Notes under the pieces: model-generated | The model's database searches: none | Seen by the model: the letters and a program-made list of their open reading frames with translations, nothing else | What the model was told of the DNA's origin: nothing | Shown here: piece by piece, positions 58,854 through 64,000 of the stretch | Numbering within the stretch: position 1 is the first letter of the stretch | Layout of the letters: every line of letters starts with the position of its first letter | From: Pelobium sp. | GTDB taxonomy: Bacteria; Bacteroidota; Bacteroidia; Sphingobacteriales; Sphingobacteriaceae | Assembly: GCA_045629485.1 (NCBI GenBank) | Contig: JAZQRF010000199.1 | Coordinates: forward strand, 21,932-85,931 | Direction: 5' to 3' | Length of the DNA: 64,000 nucleotides | Made by a program: the position numbers and the translations under genes

Positions 58854-60872
58854 ATGACCAGGGAGATTTTATTTACTTTATCTTTTATAATACTAACCAT
58901 AAATTCTTTTGGTCAGGTTACTATTCCTCAGGATCGGTTTCCCGGACAGAATTCTCCAAACAATGGTTTTCCGGTAGATCAGAACCCGCAGGTTAAGCAG
59001 GAAATTAGTGTAGATTCTTTAAGAAACCAGCTGGAGAACAGGAAAGATTCGGTAGTGTACAACTCCAGGTATATTAAATTTACTAAAGAAGAATTTTTGA
59101 CTGATAGTACACGGCTGTTTCCTTTAGATACCACATTAAAAGGTTTTCATAGGTTTAATCCTTTAAAAGAACCAAAAAGCCCCACCATGAACCTTGGAAT
59201 CATGGGCATGGCTTATCGCCCGATGCTGTTCGAACCTTCCAAAACTATTGGTTTTGATATAGGTTATCATTTTTTCGACAGGTATATGATCGGCCCTCAA
59301 GACATTAAATATTATCAAGCAAGATCTCAATATACCGAACTTTATTATGTCTCACCCTTAGGTGGAAAGCAGGAGCAACGTTTTCATGCATTGCATACCC
59401 AGAATATTAAACCCAACTGGAATGTTGGCGGCATGTTTGGCAAGCTGGGAACAGAAGGCTTTTATGCAGGACAAAAATCTGATATCCTGAATGCCTCTAT
59501 ATGGAACTGGTACGAATCTAAAAATAAAAGATATACACTATTAGCAAATGGTACATTTAATACCATAAAAAGTTATGAAAGCGGTTCTATACTCAATGAT
59601 TCAATCTTTAGAGTTCCAACAATTGTAGATCCTCTTTTCGAACAAACGCGTTTAGGGAATGATGCCATCCATAATGTAAGAAATAATACTTTTTTTGTAA
59701 AGCAATTCTATAATATTGGCAAGCAAAAAGAGGTTGAGGGTGAAGCCGGAGAATCTGTATTGCCAACACAAAGAGTAAGCTATACTTTTTCCTATAACAG
59801 ACAAAAATACTTCTTCCGGAAAGATACACGTGACGAATCGGGCTTATTAAGAAATTACTATATCTACCAGGATTCTACATCTGATTCTACCATCGTTAAT
59901 CATTTAAAAAACGAATTTAATTACAGTTTTTACTTACGCGGTAAAAGTGTGTCTTTTCTAAAAAATGAGTTGAAATTAAACGTGGGTATACAGCAGGATT
60001 ATTATAACTACAGGCAGTTTACTTACGAAAGCAAGTTTCAGAATTTGAGTTTGAAAGGATCTATAAACTATGGCTTTAATGATAAAGCAAATTTGCAGGT
60101 TAATCTTCAACAGCTGTTCCAGGGCAGAAATGCGGGCGACTTCTTATACCAGGCTCAATCAGAAATAAAACTTAGTAATAACGTTGGGAGGATAGTTTTA
60201 GGTGCTTATTCTCAAAACCAGAGCCCATCCATGGTATTTGAAAGACAGCTTACAAATCACCATCGCTGGACAAATAATTATGAGCGGGTTAAAACGCAAA
60301 ACTTATCCTTTGCTTACCTGAATCCGAAATTTAATTTTAACGCTAAAGCCGAATACTTTTTGGTAAGTAATTACTTGTATTTTAGAAACCTTGCGGGAGA
60401 TATTGTACCCGATCAATTGAACAGCAATATTAATTTATTGAAACTGAGTTTAGGAAAGGATTTTAAATTTGGGAAGTTTACTTTCGAAAACTACGTAGTA
60501 TACCAAAAGACAGATTTCGAATCTGTTTTAAGAACTCCGGAAATTTATACTTTCCATAGTTTTTACATGCGACAGGATTTTGTAAAAGTACTTAAAGCTG
60601 AATTCGGTTTTGATGTAAGGTACTTTAGCGAATATACTCTTAACTCTTACGCACCAGCTATCGGGCAGTTCTATAACCAGGGAAATGATAAGGCCGAAAC
60701 CTGGCCAATAGTAGATGTATGGTTTAGAACTAACTGGAAAAGAGCAAATCTTTTTGTAAGGTATGATTATGCTAATCAGGGCTTATTCTCTAAGGGTTAC
60801 TACACAGTAAATAAATATCCAATGCCTTATTCTTTGGCTTCATTTGGCCTGAGCTGGAATTTCTACGATTAA
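58854..60872 (+). CDS. putative outer-membrane beta-barrel (porin-like) protein
   Basis: 672 aa with a signal peptide, aromatic-rich alternating beta-strand pattern throughout and a C-terminal ...SWNFYD. Starts 1 nt after the PNP stop. Confidence 0.6.
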   Translation: MTREILFTLSFIILTINSFGQVTIPQDRFPGQNSPNNGFPVDQNPQVKQEISVDSLRNQLENRKDSVVYNSRYIKFTKEEFLTDSTRLFPLDTTLKGFHRFNPLKEPKSPTMNLGIMGMAYRPMLFEPSKTIGFDIGYHFFDRYMIGPQDIKYYQARSQYTELYYVSPLGGKQEQRFHALHTQNIKPNWNVGGMFGKLGTEGFYAGQKSDILNASIWNWYESKNKRYTLLANGTFNTIKSYESGSILNDSIFRVPTIVDPLFEQTRLGNDAIHNVRNNTFFVKQFYNIGKQKEVEGEAGESVLPTQRVSYTFSYNRQKYFFRKDTRDESGLLRNYYIYQDSTSDSTIVNHLKNEFNYSFYLRGKSVSFLKNELKLNVGIQQDYYNYRQFTYESKFQNLSLKGSINYGFNDKANLQVNLQQLFQGRNAGDFLYQAQSEIKLSNNVGRIVLGAYSQNQSPSMVFERQLTNHHRWTNNYERVKTQNLSFAYLNPKFNFNAKAEYFLVSNYLYFRNLAGDIVPDQLNSNINLLKLSLGKDFKFGKFTFENYVVYQKTDFESVLRTPEIYTFHSFYMRQDFVKVLKAEFGFDVRYFSEYTLNSYAPAIGQFYNQGNDKAETWPIVDVWFRTNWKRANLFVRYDYANQGLFSKGYYTVNKYPMPYSLASFGLSWNFYD

Positions 60873-60873
60873 T

Positions 60874-61809
60874 TTATAAACCTAAATTCATGGTAATGAT
60901 TTGCGATGCTTCACCATCATTATCAGTAACCAATAATAGTTCATAATGATTACCACTTTCCTTTTTTATAGCTACCGACTCTACTTTAGCTAGCAGTGGC
61001 TTGTTTTGAAGCATTAGTTGTGTAGCCTTCAAATGAAAATTATTAAGATCTATAGAGCCAATAAAGCTTCCGGTAACCTCACCATCGTCAATCCAGTTTT
61101 GGGTGTTTTCTACAGAAGCTGTAAATAAGATTTTACTCTGATCTGGAGTGATGCATGCGCCAGAGAAACCAGCTTCAATACCAGCTAATTTTGGTAATTC
61201 GTGAGCAGTGATTTCAAAATCCGGAACATTGGTATTGGTCTCAAGGTATTTAAGCAAATCCTGCAATAAACATTTAAATATGAGATTTTTGCCCCGGTTA
61301 AAGAGGTAAAGGTGTTTATCGCTGGAAACAGCTGCTTCTATATTTAAGTCTTCTGCTTTTAAGCTTGCAATTTTTATCAGATACTGGTATAATCCTGTTA
61401 AAGAATATGGTCTGGTTTGCCCTGTAGCAGGGTCAATTATTATCAGCTGGTCTCTGGTTTGTCTTATAGATCCCGAACAAAATACCATTAACTTAATCTT
61501 ATTTCCGTCTCTAAATCTGTTTAAAGCCTCATAATCCGGCTTGATAGGTTTAGGTATGATATTGAATTTCCTGGAAAATTGCTGATGAAGTTCAATTTTA
61601 TCTAATAGCTTCAAATTGGTATCGAGCTTAAACAGCCAGGGTGAGTTATCTCCGATGATAAAAATCTGATTATCTATTACCTCGATTCCGGAAGCAGAAG
61701 GGATAATATCAATATTTTTAACACTGGTTATTTCTGCGGTCAAATCTTTATCCTTACAGCTAATCAATCCAAATAATACAATCGTTAAACATATTTTGAA
61801 GTTACTCAT
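60874..61809 (-). CDS. hypothetical lipoprotein
   Basis: 311 aa with the lipobox GLISCKD and a beta-rich sequence. Its start codon overlaps the stop of the upstream gene (TAATG). Confidence 0.6.
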   Translation of the reverse strand: MSNFKICLTIVLFGLISCKDKDLTAEITSVKNIDIIPSASGIEVIDNQIFIIGDNSPWLFKLDTNLKLLDKIELHQQFSRKFNIIPKPIKPDYEALNRFRDGNKIKLMVFCSGSIRQTRDQLIIIDPATGQTRPYSLTGLYQYLIKIASLKAEDLNIEAAVSSDKHLYLFNRGKNLIFKCLLQDLLKYLETNTNVPDFEITAHELPKLAGIEAGFSGACITPDQSKILFTASVENTQNWIDDGEVTGSFIGSIDLNNFHLKATQLMLQNKPLLAKVESVAIKKESGNHYELLLVTDNDGEASQIITMNLGL

Positions 61810-63065
61810 TAGGTTTTTTGTTTTTTCTTTTTAGCTGCGGGGAATAAAACATTATTTAATATTAACCTATATCCCGGCGAATTAGGATATAGATTTAAAT
61901 CAGTAGGAGGGTCTCCAACCATATGCTGGTAATCTTCCGGATCATGACCACTGTAAAAAGTCCACTGGCCCTTTCCAAACTGCCCGTGAATATACCTTAC
62001 TTCATTAGCAGATTTTAATTCGCCCATTACCAATACATCCGGCTTTAAAAGGTTTCGTTTAAAGGAGGTGGTTTGCCCCATAAAACCCTTAATTACATTT
62101 TCGTGGTTTTGAGTTAGCATGGTTGGGATTACATCCCACTTAGCAGAAAATTCAAACAAGGTAAAAAAATCTCTTGTTTGGTCTATATTTCTGGAATTAG
62201 TCGCGTCAATATCAGAAAACTCATAATTTGTAGGATTAAGGTCGAGCCTGAAATCTCTAAACGCAAAAGTTTTCTCAAAATCTAGCTTGCTTTGTGCCTG
62301 TGGATCGGCACCATCTCCATCAAACATATGTTCACAAATATCCACACCTGTGGCAGCTAAAGCTATATCAAAGCTATCTGTACCAGAGCACATCGCGAAC
62401 AGGAAGCCACCACCCCCACAAAAATTCTTTATAGTTGTAGCAACAGCTAATTTCATTTGTGAAACTTTGCTATAGCCTAGTTTCTTCGCTGTTGCTTCCT
62501 GTAATCTTACATCTTCTATATACCATGGTGCTAATCGGTAATTGGCCCAAAATCGCCCATATTGTCCGGTAAAGTCTTCGTGATGTAAGTGCAACCAGTC
62601 ATACTCAGGTAATTTCCCGCTTAGAATTTCCTCATCATATACTACATCGTATGGAATTTCTGCATAAGTTAAAACCATGGTAACAGCATCGTCCCATGGT
62701 AACTTACTTTTAGGAGAGTAAACAGCAATTTTTGGAACTTTCTCAAGCTTCACTATTTCCATATTTACTTCTGTATTTGCAATTTCTGTAAGTATTGCAG
62801 TTACTTTTGCATCAGGTATAACCTCGAAACTCACTCCTCTAACTTTTAGTTCTTTTTCAAGAATAGTATTATAAGACATCATAAAACTGCCTCCGCGGTA
62901 ATTTAGTAGCCAGTTTGCCTCCTGTTGATTTTTTAAAACCCAATAAGTAATTCCGTAAGCCTTTAAATGGTTGCGTTGTTGCTCATCCATCGGAATTAAA
63001 ATAGAGGCAGAATACGTGTTAAAGCAGGTTAAAAGGGCAAAGAAAAAAAATAGTGCTTTTTTCAT
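61809..63065 (-). CDS. hypothetical exported protein (possible class-I amidotransferase/DJ-1-like fold)
   Basis: 418 aa with a signal peptide, a GGGGFLFAMCSG segment resembling a nucleophile elbow with Cys, and a Lys-rich C-terminus. The fold assignment is inference only. Confidence 0.6.
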   Translation of the reverse strand: MKKALFFFFALLTCFNTYSASILIPMDEQQRNHLKAYGITYWVLKNQQEANWLLNYRGGSFMMSYNTILEKELKVRGVSFEVIPDAKVTAILTEIANTEVNMEIVKLEKVPKIAVYSPKSKLPWDDAVTMVLTYAEIPYDVVYDEEILSGKLPEYDWLHLHHEDFTGQYGRFWANYRLAPWYIEDVRLQEATAKKLGYSKVSQMKLAVATTIKNFCGGGGFLFAMCSGTDSFDIALAATGVDICEHMFDGDGADPQAQSKLDFEKTFAFRDFRLDLNPTNYEFSDIDATNSRNIDQTRDFFTLFEFSAKWDVIPTMLTQNHENVIKGFMGQTTSFKRNLLKPDVLVMGELKSANEVRYIHGQFGKGQWTFYSGHDPEDYQHMVGDPPTDLNLYPNSPGYRLILNNVLFPAAKKKKQKT

Positions 63066-63119
63066 CCTATAAAATTAATGATAAAGCTGTAAAACGTTTA
63101 CACAGCCTAAAAATTTTCT

Positions 63120-63127
63120 TATTTTTG
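63120..63127 (+). promoter_or_regulatory. candidate -7 box (TATTTTTG) for cyclophilin gene
   Basis: Exact TAnnTTTG match 21 nt upstream of the ATG (63148). Confidence 0.3.
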
Positions 63128-63147
63128 CCGGTCATAAAATAAGAAAC

Positions 63148-63609
63148 ATGAGCAAAGCGATTATTAAAACAGAAAAAGGAGACATGACTGTAGAATTCTA
63201 CGAGAATGATGCTCCAAATACTGTTGCTAATTTTAAGAAACTAGTATCAGAAGGATTTTACAATGGTCTAACTTTTCACCGTGTACTTCCGGATTTCGTA
63301 ATCCAGGGAGGATGTCCTTTCTCTAGAGAGGCAGCAACATCCTTTAAAGCAGGGTCTGGTGGGCCGGGTTACCATATAGACTGCGAGTTAAGTGGTGATA
63401 ACCAATATCATGATCGTGGTGTGTTATCTATGGCACATGCAGGAAGAAATACAGGTGGTTCTCAGTTCTTTATCTGTCACAGCCGCAATAACACTGCTCA
63501 TTTAGATCGCAATCATACTTGTTTTGGTAAAGTGATAGAAAACGTAGATGTAGTGGATGCTATTAAGCAAGGCGACAAAATAGTTAGCATAGAACTGGTA
63601 GAAGCATAA
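63148..63609 (+). CDS. peptidyl-prolyl cis-trans isomerase (cyclophilin type)
   Basis: 153 aa with the cyclophilin motifs [13 protein letters not shown] and [19 protein letters not shown]. Confidence 0.92.
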   Translation: MSKAIIKTEKGDMTVEFYENDAPNTVANFKKLVSEGFYNGLTFHRVLPDFVIQGGCPFSREAATSFKAGSGGPGYHIDCELSGDNQYHDRGVLSMAHAGRNTGGSQFFICHSRNNTAHLDRNHTCFGKVIENVDVVDAIKQGDKIVSIELVEA

Positions 63610-63695
63610 TATAAGTTTCCGGTAGAAAATAATATTTTAGCATACCTTGTCATAAATGCTTATTTTTCGCCGGATTTCAAAGTAAAACAAATCAT

Positions 63696-64000
63696 ATGAA
63701 TTTAGCAGGTTTAGTTGCTGTATCCGGTAAGCCGGGATTATATAAATTAATTGGTCAAAACAAATCAGGCTTTATTTTAGAAAGCTTAGACGGACAGAAA
63801 AGCAAATTAGTAGTAAATATGTCTACTTCTAAACTAGCTTCTCTGGAAGATATTACCATTTATGGTGAGGATGAAGACTTAAAATTAAAAGATGTTTTTG
63901 CAAATGCGAAAGCATTTGATGGTGTAGTACCAGATGCAAAAGCTGATGCTAAAGAGTTAAGAAAATTCTTCTTCGAAATAGCTCCGGATCATGATGAGGC
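63696..64000 (+). CDS. hypothetical protein (DUF5606-like), 3' end outside window
   Basis: The ATG at 63696 opens a frame that stays open to the window end (MNLAGLVAVSGKPGLYKLIGQNKSGFILESLDG...). The family name is from memory only. Confidence 0.55.
   Translation, partial: MNLAGLVAVSGKPGLYKLIGQNKSGFILESLDGQKSKLVVNMSTSKLASLEDITIYGEDEDLKLKDVFANAKAFDGVVPDAKADAKELRKFFFEIAPDHDE

Noticed and set aside
1-64000. Search by eye for CRISPR arrays, rRNA/tRNA genes, IS elements, and toxin-antitoxin or restriction-modification style defence genes
   Set aside because: I found no regularly spaced repeats, no tRNA-like T-arm (GGTTCGAATCC-type) in intergenic DNA, and no transposase, integrase or nuclease/methylase-like ORFs. 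Intergenic space is too small for rRNA.

Overview
This window looks like a low-GC Bacteroidota chromosome segment, probably Sphingobacteriia or Pedobacter-like. That placement is an inference from a SusC/SusD pair, recurrent TAnnTTTG -7 boxes, no Shine-Dalgarno signals and the gene content. It is densely coding, with about 53 protein genes on both strands. Most are housekeeping: recQ, gyrA, topA, rnr, ppc, mnmA, trpS, gatC, ispD, queA, queE, and the LPS/KDO genes kpsF, kdsA, kdsB and lpxK. I recognised no rRNA, tRNA, CRISPR array, transposase or integrase. The accessory-looking part runs from about 35.7 to 56.7 kb. By eye, from sampled lines only, it is somewhat GC-richer than the rest. It holds six things. 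(1) A tiny lipoprotein made of two copies of an NPAHGMPGH-x-C module. (2) A polytopic hybrid histidine kinase. (3) The cbb3-oxidase maturation genes ccoI-ccoS, with no oxidase structural genes after them. (4) An opposite-strand block of DUF1801, NTF2-like, a frameshifted alpha/beta hydrolase and an MFS transporter. (5) A 580-bp gene-free gap with an orphan intrinsic terminator. (6) A SusC/SusD locus whose only enzyme is a surface metzincin lipoprotein, bracketed by a LytS-family kinase upstream and a LytTR response regulator downstream. I consider item 6 the best candidate for an undescribed system: a protein/peptide-utilisation locus with atypical control. Other notes cover a translationally coupled pair of exported unknown proteins, several clean intrinsic terminators, and candidate FNR/CRP-type and PadR-type operators. 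All functional calls rest on motifs read from the translations. No database search was run.
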